DNA of 43,433 nt from an archaeon. GTDB taxonomy: Archaea > Methanobacteriota > Methanobacteria > Methanobacteriales > Methanobacteriaceae. Of the stretch, positions 14,201 through 26,221 are shown in pieces (position 1 is the first letter of the stretch; the number at the start of each line of letters is the position of its first letter). The stretch is from contig JAKSUE010000001.1 of the NCBI GenBank assembly GCA_024409165.1, forward strand, positions 1-43,433, read 5' to 3'. The position numbers and the translations under genes were made by a program. The notes beneath the pieces are model-generated. The model made no database searches, had not been told where the DNA came from, and worked only from the letters and a program-made list of their open reading frames with translations.

Positions 14201-14632
14201 ATTTCCTGATAAAGTTACATCATTAATTTTTGGTTTATTTGTTAAATCATTATAATCATCTGTACCACCTGATCCTCCATGAGAATCATATTCAATTGCT
14301 TCATCCATTAAAGGACTTAATACAATATATGTTGGTTTATTTTTACTTGTTTCTTTTGTTGATACTACTGCAGTTACTGTATATTTTGTAGCACCGTCGT
14401 CATATCTAACTTTTATTTGATCATTAAGTTTAGCACTATCTAATAAAGTGTTATAACCTTTTTCAAATTGAATTTCGAATTCATCAATCATTTTCTTTGT
14501 ATAGAAACCGTCTTGATAAACTCTTGGTCTACTTGGTCCAACTGCAAAAGAAATATCACATGATTTAAGATGTGTTACTTCTACTCAGTCAGATTCATCG
14601 TAAACATAAATTTTTGCGTTTTGAATTATCAT
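11300..14632 (-). CDS. Large fibre/adhesin (1110 aa) with C-terminal BspA-like Cys/LRR repeats
   Basis: Five track fragments share one frame; DYxDLxNxPxINxVxLxGNK repeats; C-terminal YCFYKLFGSC / YCYWGMFERC repeats; AGGAGG RBS. Confidence 0.75.
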
Positions 14633-14667
14633 TAGTCAAAACCTCCTATTATATATATTATTTATAT

Positions 14668-14680
14668 ATTATATCACAAA
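14668..14680 (-). promoter_or_regulatory. Extended -10 promoter (TGATATAAT) for the fibre/neck/tail operon
   Basis: TTTGTGATATAATA on the minus strand; the same motif occurs at ~26228-26240 and a near-identical one at ~26875-26890. Confidence 0.65.
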
Positions 14681-14683
14681 AAA

Positions 14684-14718
14684 TAAAAATATAGACAGCT
14701 TTTTATGGCCGCCTATAT
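14684..14718 (-). terminator. Intrinsic terminator after the capsid operon
   Basis: ATAGGCGGC-loop-GCTGTCTAT stem followed by T-rich sequence on the minus strand. Confidence 0.75.
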
Positions 14719-14741
14719 TCTAATTATGAATTACAGCACTA

Positions 14742-15143
14742 TTATGGAGCTGGAGTTTCATGTAAACTCAAAGCCACAGTACCGCCTAATTTTGGTGTCA
14801 ATGAAATCATTGCATGTTCAGTAGATCCATTGAATTTAGTAAATGTAATTGCTGAAATATCAAAGAATTGTTCACAAACGATAGCACCGTTATCCAATTT
14901 TACTTTGATAGTATCTCCAACAACTATACCACTAAGATCATCAAAATCTTCTTTTTCAAAAACCATTTCAATTCTTTGAACAGAATCATTACAGAAATTT
15001 CCTGTAGCACCTTGTAGAGGTCTAACTGGAATTTGACCGTTAACAATATTAATTGCAACTAAGTCATCTGTAAGTTCTACGTAAGAACCATAAGTTCCTG
15101 AAGTAGCGTATGCATAGAAAGTATCTAATGTATCAAAAATCAT
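14742..15143 (-). CDS. Putative capsid decoration / minor structural protein (133 aa)
   Basis: Directly after the major capsid gene with a strong AGGAGG RBS; similar to the N-terminus of the 11300-14632 fibre. Confidence 0.55.
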   Translation of the reverse strand: MIFDTLDTFYAYATSGTYGSYVELTDDLVAINIVNGQIPVRPLQGATGNFCNDSVQRIEMVFEKEDFDDLSGIVVGDTIKVKLDNGAIVCEQFFDISAITFTKFNGSTEHAMISLTPKLGGTVALSLHETPAP

Positions 15144-15159
15144 AAGTTACCTCCTAAGA

Positions 15160-16074
15160 TTAAGGAAGATCTACTACGTTTAAGTAGTAAACACCGTTAG
15201 AGTTAACTAAATAGTGTTCTACATATTCCAAACAAGTTAAGAAAGTACAGTCTGCTGGATAATCAGATGGTGCTCTCTTCATAACAACAGGTTCAACCAG
15301 ATATCTTAACATAATAACTTGAGATCTGTCAACTAAAATCATATTAGCTTCATGACCTGCTGCGAAAGTATGTCATTTACTAGATAGACGAGGAGCTTTT
15401 AAGATAGGGTATCCTAAAATATAACCTGCAAATCCTTGTCTAATATCAGTAGCTGGAATATTACCAACACCATTAGCCATGATTAAACCGTCTGTATATA
15501 GTTTTTGTCATAGTTCAGGAGTCATGTAAATAACAATGTTTCCTTCTTCAGAACCATTTAAGTTCATTTGAGTTACAGCTTCGTTGATTGTAGCAAATAC
15601 ATCTGCTGTTTTAGCATCAGATTTACGTTTAACTGTACCTGGAGTACCTCTCGTTACTAAGTCATCAATTGCGATTCTTTCGTATTCACGAGCCATTTCT
15701 GCAATAGCTTCTGCCATACGGAAACCAACATAATCAGTTCCTGTAGACATAATTTCGAAGTTTTGGAAAACTTGAGCAATTGCTAATTGGTGTGTAATTT
15801 TAACAGTTTCATATTCACCACTAGTGTAGTCAAATGAAAGAGGTGTTCCTAATTTTACATTTCTTTTAATTGTTGAAGCGTCATTACGTTTACCTCTTGG
15901 GAATGCGTAAGTAGGCGTGTCAGTTTCTATAATTCTTCATGTACCTGGTTGACCAATAACAACTTGAGGCATTAAAGTAGTTAGTACTTCAAAACCAAAT
16001 TTGTGCGGTTGTTGATAACCACTAGTTGATGTTGGTTGTTGGTATCATTTTTGTAAATTAATATCAATAGCCAT
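15160..16074 (-). CDS. Major capsid protein (304 aa)
   Basis: Portal-scaffold-capsid synteny and size; AEAIAEMAREYERIAI backbone helix; IYMTPE and AGYILGYPI motifs typical of the HK97 fold. Confidence 0.8.
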
Positions 16075-16108
16075 TAATTTGTCTCCTTATATTATAATAT
16101 TTATTAAT

Positions 16109-16669
16109 CTATTTTTTACCAATAAATTTGTTATAACGAGCTAATTGTGCAGCGTCAGATCTGTCTGAATAATCCACATCTAAAGAAGCATTTGATTGAG
16201 CTCTTACACCATAATTAACTTTAGATTCAACTTCTTCCTCTTCAACTTTTTCAACAGGCTTTTTAGCTTGTTTAGGCATTTCAACCACTTCTTCCTTTTT
16301 AGCAGGAACTGCTTCTTGAGGAGTTGATTCTTTAGGACCTCACTTCTTATATAATGAAGAAGCTGCATCCTCAAATTTTAGTTTGGCATCACCAGACATT
16401 TTATAGTCAATCATAGCCATGAACTCATTCATAGATTCGTCATCCATTTTATTGTTAATGTTTTTATATACATAAGCTCTATTTTTTAAGCTTTGAATTT
16501 CTTGATTCTTAGCATTTTCTAGAGTTGTATATTTTTCATTGAAAGCATTAGTTTTTTTAATATCTAAAGCATCTTCGTTTTTATTAATAGCTGCTAAGAC
16601 TGCATTAAAGTCTTCTGGCTTTGTTAAGTCTTTGTTTTCAATGATCTTTTTTAATTCAGTATCTTTCAT
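16109..16669 (-). CDS. Capsid scaffolding protein (186 aa)
   Basis: Helical K/E-rich protein with a P/E/K-rich tail, between portal and capsid. Confidence 0.7.
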
Positions 16670-16773
16670 ATTTTCTCCTTATTTTTATCGTATAAGCACG
16701 AATATTCCCGAGTTTACATGATCGGCCATGTTATAATATTATTATACCGCAATTAATGCACTTATGCGCAGTT

Positions 16774-18246
16774 TTATTTTAATTGATTTGCGGCTAAATA
16801 TGCGGTAAGTAATGTAGCCTTTTCAAACTCTTCTGTACATTTTTGGATAATGTAATCCGCTCTTTGTTTTGAGTAACCACAATAATCAACCAAAAGTGTT
16901 TTTTGGTCTATGTTTCTCATTCCTGGAATTGTGTTAGAAGAGTTCATTAACCTAATTCCAAGATCAGTTCTTGCATCTTTATTAACAAATACACTATCAT
17001 CAAAATCTACTTCAATCATAGATGGATCAGATAATATTTTAATTTCTTCATCAGGAATTAATCCTTCTCTATAAAAATCCATTAATAAAGCAAATACTAT
17101 AGTTCTAATTGCTGTTTCAAGATTAGCTTTAATAGCATTAATTGTATTATAAGCTTCTTTATGACTTAATAAACTTTGTGTAGCAGTCATTTCTATTTTA
17201 GGATAATCTAACTTATAAAAATCTGGACCAAGACCTGCAGTTTCAGTTAACATTTGTAAGTCAAATTGAATTTTTTGAGTAAATTCTGCAATTCTAACAG
17301 CTGGTACTCATTCAGTTACTTTATCATCTGCAATATCAACAGCTTGAAATAAACCAGATCTAATGTTTGCCTTTTTCATTTCAATTGGCATACCATTTTC
17401 ATCAGTAGCAGTAACTGTTTTTCTTATCATTTCTGGATTAACAAATACTGCTTTACCTGATAATTCCATTTCATCATCTAATCTATCTCAATCTTTTTTA
17501 AGAGCATCTAAATAAATAGTCTTAGAAATCATTGAATTATGAAAAGGAGTATCAATTCATCTTGGACAATTTAATCCTGTTGAAATTCATGCAAATCTTT
17601 TAATTGGTAATTTATTTTCATCGTCGTGATATAAAACTTCTGGCTGTACATTTCCTAATATTCTAAATCAAATAGGTTGGCCAAAATTAATCATTCTTAA
17701 AACACCAGCATCATATTGATATAAAAGTGTTTTTCTTCCTTGTAATGATTCTATTACACAAGTAACATAAATTTTATTTTGAACTTTACTTTTTTGAAAT
17801 CAACATAATTCACTAACATCATGATTATTATAACTTATAGGAATAACATTATTGCCAGGAATATAATTAATAGCAGGACGACCATCAATAGGATCAGTAT
17901 ATGTTGCCATTACCATATCTCCTATTCCAGCCATGTGTTGTAAATTCTTAGCTAACACAGCATCAAAATTAAGTCTTTGTTTGATTTCACGATCAATAAT
18001 ATAGTTAAGATATTCTGAATTTGTTCTAATTACTGGACGATCAGACAATATTAAATTTGATACGTCTTTACATAATCTTTGAGCAAAACCTAAAACATCA
18101 ACATTATTTCAAAGTCTTCTTTGTCACTGAAATTTTTCTGCTCAAATAATTGGAAATTGTGTATAACTTAAATGCAACTCTTTACAAAGAGCTTTAATTA
18201 ACATTTCATCATTATCTGGTTGTGCATTCATATCTAATTCTGGCAT
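16774..18246 (-). CDS. Portal protein, A118/SPP1-like (490 aa)
   Basis: Size and position; DEMELSGKAVFV, WVPAVRIAEF, MTATQ and EVDFDDSVF segments resemble A118-family portals. Confidence 0.85.
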
Positions 18247-18248
18247 AA

Positions 18249-18761
18249 TTATCTACTCCTTATCATGCTTTGTCCTATATTAAAACCTTTAGCAATTCCT
18301 TCACCTACATTTTGAAGAAGACCACCTGCAAGTTTTAAAGCTGATGATTTTTCCTTTTCTCTAAGTTCTTCTGTTTTTTCTTTTTCTTTTTCGTTTTTTC
18401 TTTGAGCTTCTATTTGTTTGAACTTTTTGACTAATTTTTTATCTACTTCTTTACTTATTTGTCCAAAACTTAATTCTGAAGATTCTTTTTGAGGATTAAT
18501 TATTTTTGAAATTTCTGCAAATCTTGGATCATTTAATCCAATAGTACTTACTTTATTTTCATCTTTATTAAATACAGAATAACCTGTTACTTTTAATTTT
18601 TTAACATCTGGATCATGAGGATTTCTATCTTTTTCATCTTTATCAGTTTCAGATTTAGGATTATTCCTCTTTTTCTTTTCAGAATCTCTTTGTTCTTCTG
18701 GTTTATCCGCTTCTGTTTTTTTCTTTTTATCAACTGGATTTGTTCCACTTCCTGATGGCAT
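18249..18761 (-). CDS. Highly charged K/E/D-rich protein (170 aa)
   Basis: ORF track; AGGAGG RBS; amphipathic Gly-rich C-terminus. Confidence 0.7.
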   Translation of the reverse strand: MPSGSGTNPVDKKKKTEADKPEEQRDSEKKKRNNPKSETDKDEKDRNPHDPDVKKLKVTGYSVFNKDENKVSTIGLNDPRFAEISKIINPQKESSELSFGQISKEVDKKLVKKFKQIEAQRKNEKEKEKTEELREKEKSSALKLAGGLLQNVGEGIAKGFNIGQSMIRSR

Positions 18762-18772
18762 ATGTTACCTCC

Positions 18773-19081
18773 TTATCCAAATCTTTTTAAAAGATCTTTA
18801 TGTTCTTTTTTATCTTTTACTTTTTTTGCGGTTACTCCTGGTCTTGTTCTAATATTAAAAAATTCATGACCAACAGAACCTGTCATTAAATAAGGCATTC
18901 CTCTTTTAACTTCTTTACCTTGATATTTTCAAAAAGTAGAGTTTTTACCTTCTCCAAATTGAACGGTTAATTCATCTGGACCTGTTTGAATCAATTGATT
19001 TAAGTCTGGATTACTTGTTGATTTTGTTCTAGACTTACCACCTACAAATACAGTGGCTGTTCTTTCTTTTTTCTTTTCCAT
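18773..19081 (-). CDS. KTSC-like domain protein (102 aa)
   Basis: ELTVQFGEG...WKYQG...GSVGHEFFNIR resembles the KTSC pattern. Confidence 0.45.
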
Positions 19082-19111
19082 AATTACTCCTATATTATAT
19101 ATTATACTATA

Positions 19112-20749
19112 TTAATTCCAATTATGAACACTTATCGGACGGATTTTAGAAGAATATTTACCTTTACTTTTTCTAATTCTGTTTGTAAACATATCTCAAA
19201 ATTCTGGTAATCAACTATATTCGTTGGCATCGATATGGTCCATTCTCATTGAAAGTTTAGAAGGATCATCTAATCTAATACGTTCTCCAGTTTCTTTAGA
19301 TCTCTTTTTATCCCATACCTGATTTTTATAAGCTTGATAGATTAGAGGGTCTTTTATTTTTAATATTCCAGGTATGGTTAACGCAGTTCAAATACCATCA
19401 ATTCTTTTTGGTACATCTGGAGTTTTTCATAAACGATTTATAATTAAATAATCTGGATCTTTATATCTAAAACATGCATCATAAAAGTCTTTTCCACCTG
19501 ATGTTTTACGGTCCATTTGAAAATATATTCTATAAGAAGGATATTCTTCATGAACCATATCACAAAATTGTAATATCATTGTTGCATAATCATTAATATC
19601 AAATGATCTATACGGTAATTTAACACCGTCTTTAATATATTCAGATCTTCTATTACAATGACTTCAACAATGAATTCCTTGTTGTATTCTAAGATCTTTA
19701 CCTTTTCATTCAAATCCTGATAAAGTAATAACCGTTGCATCTGAACGACCAACGTCAACACCAATAACTAGTGTATCAGGATTAAAGTTTTCATGTTCAC
19801 CAAAGTGAATATTATAATTAAGATTAGGATAACATATATCTCCATCTCAAGGCATCTTACCTAAATAAACGTGATTATATGTTATTGGATCTGATAATTT
19901 TAAACCTTCAATTTCATCTAAAGCATCTTGACCAAGAAATTTATATTTTTCTTTAGTGCTCATATCAAGATAATTATTAAATTGATATCAAACATTTGAT
20001 TGTTTTCGTTTAACATCTAATCAATCTAATACTCAACCACCACTTGATTCTGTACCTGCTGGAGTGTTAAATTCATATTCTACGCAAAATTCATGAGATT
20101 TAAAATTGTCTCAATTATTATCTTGATAAAATCACGGTTGATCTAATAATCACTTCTCATTCTTCACGAAAGCATAACCATGAGAATTGCAATATAATTC
20201 TATCTTATCTCAAAGGGTTCTAGAATATGATGCCCGGATGAACGTGGCGATAGTATTTTCTAATTCTCTAGGATTTCAACCAATAAAGTTAGTTAATTCG
20301 TAAAATCTAACAAATAATCACTTATTGTGTTCTGTTGGACGGCGTCCTTTAAAAGATTCACTACCCATTTTACCATGTTCAAATCAAATTTTATTAACGC
20401 CTCATTTATTACGAATTTTTATTCATGCTTCACCATTCTTAGTTGCATGAAATTCTATATGTTGTCTTGGTATTTTTAATAAAAATGCAGCAAAAACATA
20501 GTCTTGAAATACTTTATCTAATATTGATTGATATTCATAAGCAATTACAAATCCATCTGCATGAGGTGTTTGAAGTAATCTTCATAAATCATACATTGAA
20601 AAGAACGTGGATTTTGTAGTTCCACGTCCACTGTGTAAAATTAAATGTCTAGCTTTTGGAATATATGTAAATAAATGTTGATAATAAGAAGCTATTTCTT
20701 CACTTAAGATTACTCTATTTCCTTCTATATAATCATTAGTAAATGGCAT
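19112..20749 (-). CDS. terL: Terminase large subunit, PBSX/SPP1-like (545 aa)
   Basis: Walker A HSGRGTTKST, Walker B-like RFYE, coupling motif FNT, nuclease motifs GVDVG and DHIDANEY. Absent from the code-11 track because of many TGA-Trp codons. Confidence 0.92.
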
Positions 20750-20836
20750 TTAATTCTCCTTTGTAATACATAAAAGTATTATTAAAATAATAACAATTAT
20801 AAATAATCCAAATATTACTCATAATGTCGGTGTCAT
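20750..20836 (-). CDS. 28-aa transmembrane peptide
   Basis: GAGGA RBS; MTPTLWVIFGLFIIVIILIILLCITKEN; abuts the terL start. Confidence 0.5.
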
Positions 20837-20891
20837 CTTTATTCCTCTAAGGTTAAGAATTTTCAAATAATATATAAGATTCTACACATAA

Positions 20892-22667
20892 TTAAATACA
20901 GAAGCACGGAGCAATAGGAAAGACAAGATTGTACTCATTGTAAGCAACTAAAACACCATTAGCTTCCACACATCAAGAAGAGTTGACAAAGGCTGAAGTT
21001 TCTGGTGAACGAAGTCGATATCGGCCATTACCAGCATCATAATCATAGCAAAAACCTGCATAGTTGCGAGCATCGTAATCATCACTAATAATAGGTGCTT
21101 CAGTATAATAATCACCATTATTAATTTGTGCTTTTTGTCTTGAAGTATTGTCGTCATGTGCTACATAATATTCATATGTTGTTCCTTCATTTGTTTGATA
21201 TATACTTGTTCCAGCAACAGTCATTTCTCTATAACTTGGAATAAATATTTTTGTAGCATAAGTTGTGTTAGTGTAAGAGTTTGTAGTTGCAACAACTTTA
21301 TTAACTTGTTTAATAACATTTTGTAGTCCAATAGGCAACATTTCTAATACTGAACTTGTATAAGTTGTAGATTTTGTTGTTGAACCTTTTTGGTATCAAC
21401 CAGCAAATGGAGCGGTTCCAGTTCCGTTAAGTGCTTTTTGTATATTTGAGTTTATAAAATCATAGTTTGTTGAACTACTACCATTTTGTCAGTCCCAAAC
21501 TGTCGCAATAGAGTGTCCTGTGTTATCACTTAATAAATTAACAAATTCCCAGGTAGTATGAGCTTTTCCACTTCCGTCTGCTAAATCGTCGTGATCTATA
21601 CCAATTAATCTAATAGTATGAGTAACACCATTAACTTCAACTTCTCTTGTTGTTCCAATGTCGTCTTCTGTTAATTCGTCAGTATGATCTCACCAATCTT
21701 CAGATGGTTCTGGTTCATCTGTTTTATAATAATATTTGTGTCCTACTGTTGGATTGCCAGTGAAATCACCTTTTGTTCCAGAAAACATACCTGAAACATC
21801 GCCACTTTCAGATATACTTCCTCCAATTAGGTTCATAAATAAAGTTCCAGTTGGATCATCCTCATATACTTTAATATTAGTATTATTAAACATGTTTGAC
21901 ATTGGATATTCTAGTGATGAAGGAGATGTTATTATTAATGGTTCATTATTGCCTATAATAGAAGGTTTTTCTAATTTTGTACAACCCTTAAACATAGATG
22001 TGAACATTGAATTTGTTATATTTATCGCTGGAATATTTTTTGGTGGAATAATTAAATTTGTTTGATCACTAAATAAATTAGAACAAATAGTTCCATCTGG
22101 AATTACTAAGTTTTCAGCAGACACTACATTTAAATTTTTAAAAATACTATTTGAGTAAGAAAATGAACTTGCAGTTTTATAATTTGTTAATGAAGTTATA
22201 TCTCCACCTATTTTTACATAATCTTGCACTGTGCTATTAAATTGAAATTGAGATGAAGTAAAATAAGTTGCACTCTCATTTCCTTTTATATATAACAATG
22301 ATCCAGCAGGAACTTCTATTTCTTTTCCTTCTGTTTCTAAGGCTGAAGCATATTCTCATTCATGTCAAGTTATATTATCAAAAGAATATTGTAATTGTGG
22401 GGATGAAGCACCATATCCAAAAATTTTTCATTTTATAGTTGTTTTTCTTTTTAAATACGGAACACTCATAAATGAAATATTAAGTGGTGCATTTTCAATA
22501 GGTTCTGGTCAAATAATTTCACCACCTCCACCTTCAATAGTAGCTATTGCAGCAGCTAAATTATTAGAGTTTTTATCAGCTGGAACAGTTCCACCTTTTT
22601 CATCTATTTTATCATAAGCTGCTAATAAATCATTATTTAATTGTGTAATTTTATCTGAAATAGCCAT
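20892..22667 (-). CDS. Receptor-binding fibre (591 aa): BspA-like middle, C-terminal DUF6273/C-type-lectin-like domain
   Basis: RLIGIDHDDLADGSGKAH, KIFIPSYREM and RLRSP...IAPCFCI-stop motifs. Confidence 0.75.
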
Positions 22668-22668
22668 A

Positions 22669-24516
22669 TTAATGAGCTCCTCCTCCAGTTGTTAATTCTT
22701 CAAGCAATGATTCAATATCACCAACTAAATCATATACACATTTAGCACTTGGATATTGCTCATCTGTTGAACTTGCAGTTAGTTCAGTAACTTTGTTTGT
22801 CAAATTTTCTTTATCTGTTAATGCATCATAAACTGCTTTAGCTCCAGGATATTGTGTATTTGTACTTGCGGAACTTAAAGTTGTAGTTTTATTTGACTTG
22901 TCTTCTTTATCATCGCCTAAATCACTAATACTTTCATTTATATTTACAATTTGTCCTTCAACTGTTGTTATTTTTGTTTCATGATTAGTTACTGTTAATT
23001 CTAAATCATCTAAATCACTTTGACTTGCTTTTGCATTAAATAATGCAGCAAGATTTGCATTAGTCATTGGATTACCAACAATTCTAGGTCAAGTAACTTC
23101 AGCTTCACTTGTTGATAATAATCCTCAATTTGTACCATCATAAATATAGAAATCACCAATATTAACAGTTTCTGTTTCTACTGTTGTACTTGCATTTCCA
23201 TCATATTCATCACCATTTGGTTTATATTTAGTACCAGTACCAACATTACTAATTACAAAATAATCACCTGTTTTATATTCATATGGTAAAGTTGGTGGAT
23301 TAGTTTCTGGTAAACCTGTTGAACAATCTCAAGTAGATAAGAATTTACCCATTGATTCAAGATTTGTAATTCTATCATTTAATTCTTTACCCATATTTGC
23401 TGATAAAGGTTTATTAGTATCAGTATGAGTTAAATCATTTATAATATCAACGATATCTAATTTTTCATTTAATAAATCATTTATTTCTAATTTTGTGTAA
23501 TATTGTGTCGGATCAAACGAACCACCAGCGTCTGCTCAAGTTAAAACTAATGTACCGTCTAAATCAATTACTTTCAAATATTTATTTTCAACATAGTTTG
23601 GTAATTTATCTTGCTTTTGAGCAAGTTCTCCAATTGTTGCTATTTCATAATCTGGATTTGTTGATATTACTGTTCCTTTTGTATAAAAGAAACCGTTCTT
23701 TGTTAAGTTTAATCTAGTACCGTTTTTTGTAGTTCCATCAACAACATATAATTGTCCAGCAATTCCAGTTGAACCGCCATCATTAACTCCAACATAACTT
23801 CATGTTCCATCATTGTGTTCAAATTTGGCACCACCACCATCAGCTTCGTTAAAGATAAGTGCTTTATTTCCAGCATCAATTATTTCTTTATCTACTTTTT
23901 TAGCTAATTTTTGGTCGATGATTTCTTTTGTGTAATAATTTAATAAATATTCTTCAATTTTAGCATCTGTTTGTGATTTATTATAAAATCTTACTAATGT
24001 TAAAATCTCGTGTTCAAAATCATAATAAAGTTTTCCGTCTTCATATGTAACAGCGTCTGTTAAACCTGAAATATCTTTTCAAGATAATTCTCATTTTTCA
24101 TCCTCTTCATTTCATTCACATTTTAAATATCCAGATGTCATTATTGTTGGATCAGGATATTCTGGTGTAATGTTGTAATAAGCTGAATCATGATAAATTT
24201 TATTACCATCTTCATCGAAGTGATATTCTCCTCCTCTTATTACTACACCATTTAATCATGGTCTATGTATAAAAACATCGTAATTAAATGAAGTAGGTCT
24301 TTTACAATTAGGTTCACCTAATCCATTAATTAGTGCATTTCAACTTACCATATCTCATTGTGTTAATCATCAACTTTCAAAAGTATGATAACCTTCTTCT
24401 GTTAGTGATTCAATATATTGTCTTAGATTTTCTCTGTTATCAATACATCATTGTTTGAAGTCATCTCGAGAAAGACTCATCATTATTTTCTTTGGATTTC
24501 AACTTGAATGTGACAT
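22669..24516 (-). CDS. Tail fibre-like protein (615 aa)
   Basis: Repeated KExxxNKxTxLxxxSTxxQYPxAKxVYD, YYTKxxxD and PLSANMGK fibre motifs plus coiled coil. Confidence 0.75.
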
Positions 24517-24746
24517 TATTTTTTTCCTCCTTTTTTATTTTTTTCTTCTTTTTTTCTTTGAAGTCTAGCTTTTATTTTTTCTTTTGGTTCAATATATCCT
24601 AATGTATTAAAATAAGTTTCATTTTCTCAATCTAAATTTGGATTTTCACGTTTTTTAATTACTTTATGATAATTATCTAAATCTACTTTTATTTTTTGTT
24701 CTTTTTTAAGTTGTTGTGAAAATATTTTAAAAAAATTATCGTTCAT
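24516..24746 (-). CDS. Basic hypothetical protein (76 aa)
   Basis: Open in code 4; TAATG coupling at both ends. Confidence 0.55.
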
Positions 24747-24839
24747 TATTTTTTACCTTTTTTATTTTCTTGTTTTTGTTTTGTTCTTGATTTATGATAT
24801 TGTCTTTTACCAAAAGTTTGTTTTTGTGTTTTATTATAT

Positions 24840-25208
24840 TTACTTCTCATTATTTTTTCCTCTTTTCAAATCAATGAAAGCTTTGCGACTTTTTTTCATT
24901 ATTGCATCATAATTTGATTGTGCATTATTTAATTCATTTATAGCATCAAACATGTCTGCATCATATTGATTATCATTATAACCATAATCTTCACTATTTA
25001 TTCTATTATATTTCTTTTTAGCATCTAATAAACCACTATCAACCATTGCTTTTGAAGAATAATCACTCATAAAAGTTTGATATTCATTCTCTTCTCTTCA
25101 GTTTTTCATTGCTTCACCAATAGATAAAGCACTTTCATCTTGTCTAGCAATTGATTCTCGTTTTGGAGTTGATGTATTATTTGCTTTATTTTTTTTATCG
25201 CTCGCCAT
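24840..25208 (-). CDS. Hypothetical protein (122 aa)
   Basis: Track ORF extended through TGA to an ATG with AAGGAG RBS. Confidence 0.65.
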
Positions 25209-25599
25209 TTTGAATCTCCTTTATAGCATCATTTTCAAGACTTTCATTTTCATGATTAGTTGTACATTCTTTGAGTAAGTTTGAATTATCAAATATTACA
25301 TAGTCTGGAAGGTCATTGTCTTTTTGTTTTGGATGATCTATATAACCGTAGTCGTTTCCTAATATTAATTTTGCAACATCTGCTTTTATTAAACCATTTG
25401 CTGCTTGATTTAACAATGTTACTTTATATAAAATATCTAAATATTTTCCTCTAGCTTCAGTTAATTCTGGAACTTCTGGATTTTCAAGTCTATATAACTC
25501 ATATCCATCTCTAGAAGGAAGAGAGAATCTAATGTCTCCATCCTCTCCTTGTTGATTTCATTTAAGATATCCTTCTATTACTTCGTCGAAGTATTTCAT
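25195..25599 (-). CDS. Putative terminase small subunit (134 aa)
   Basis: C-terminal AANGLIKADVAKLILGNDYGYID resembles P22 gp3-like/TerS oligomerisation motifs; lies near the start of the late arm. Confidence 0.55.
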
Positions 25600-25801
25600 C
25601 GTTAAGTATCTCCACTAATTGATTCAAAGACTTTGTACATTTATTACCATTATATTGAATGATAAAGTACGGCACGGGTGTTCTAGCATGTTTAAGACCT
25701 TTTAAAAGTTTATGTTTAGCACTATAAACTTCATGGGTATTTTCATCCATAAAACAAATGACTGTCTGTCCTTTTGTATTTTTAAACTCTAATCTAATCA
25801 T
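25562..25801 (-). CDS. Hypothetical protein, possibly a degenerate NUMOD4/HNH N-terminus (79 aa)
   Basis: EVYS..K.LK...YF.IQYNG.K.TKSLNQLV pattern without a catalytic HNH. Confidence 0.4.
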   Translation of the reverse strand: MIRLEFKNTKGQTVICFMDENTHEVYSAKHKLLKGLKHARTPVPYFIIQYNGNKCTKSLNQLVEILNDEILRRSNRRIS

Positions 25802-25844
25802 ATTATTATTATACTATATTATATTAAATTTTAAACAGAAAAAC

Positions 25845-25871
25845 AAAAAACAGAACTTCTAGAGAGTCCTG
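25845..25871 (-). terminator. Intrinsic terminator of the ncRNA
   Basis: CAGGACT-loop-AGTTCTG-TTTTTT on the minus strand. Confidence 0.75.
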
Positions 25872-26221
25872 TTAAATGTGCCGTTCATGTTTATAGACCT
25901 TACGGATTAGCGTCTATATATAACCATCACCAGTTGGTATTGCTGATCGGCAACATATGGAATCGAACCATACTTATATTTATAGTTTAAAGTCATTACG
26001 GACTAGGAAGGGGCCCGAAGGTCCACGACAGGTTTTTAGCACTAACCAATAGAGAGCGGTAAGTACCACTTTTTCTTTGTGCATTGGTGGATAACCATAA
26101 ACCATTTATCCTTAGCATGATTTATTTCACGGGATTTTCGCCCGTTAAGAATATTGAAGGCAGGGGAGTCGAACCCACAAGATCTATTAAGTTACGCCTG
26201 ACACCTTCTATTTTTTTCAAC
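25845..26221 (-). ncRNA. Unclassified ~375 nt structured ncRNA with two T-arm (TTCGA) motifs
   Basis: Own promoter (TGATATAAT, 26228-26236) and terminator, raised GC, no convincing ORF, many hairpins. Confidence 0.75.

Noticed and set aside
26005-26040. HDV-like/theta ribozyme suggested by CC-TGTCGT-GG on the minus strand
   Set aside because: I could not build convincing P1.1, P2 and P4 elements; a simple UUCG hairpin explains the segment. A descriptor search would settle it.
26155-26208. Canonical tRNA (e.g. Trp-TCA) or tmRNA
   Set aside because: Only 54 nt, with no proper D or anticodon arm and no CCA. The acceptor-like stem closes locally instead of spanning the RNA as in tmRNA.
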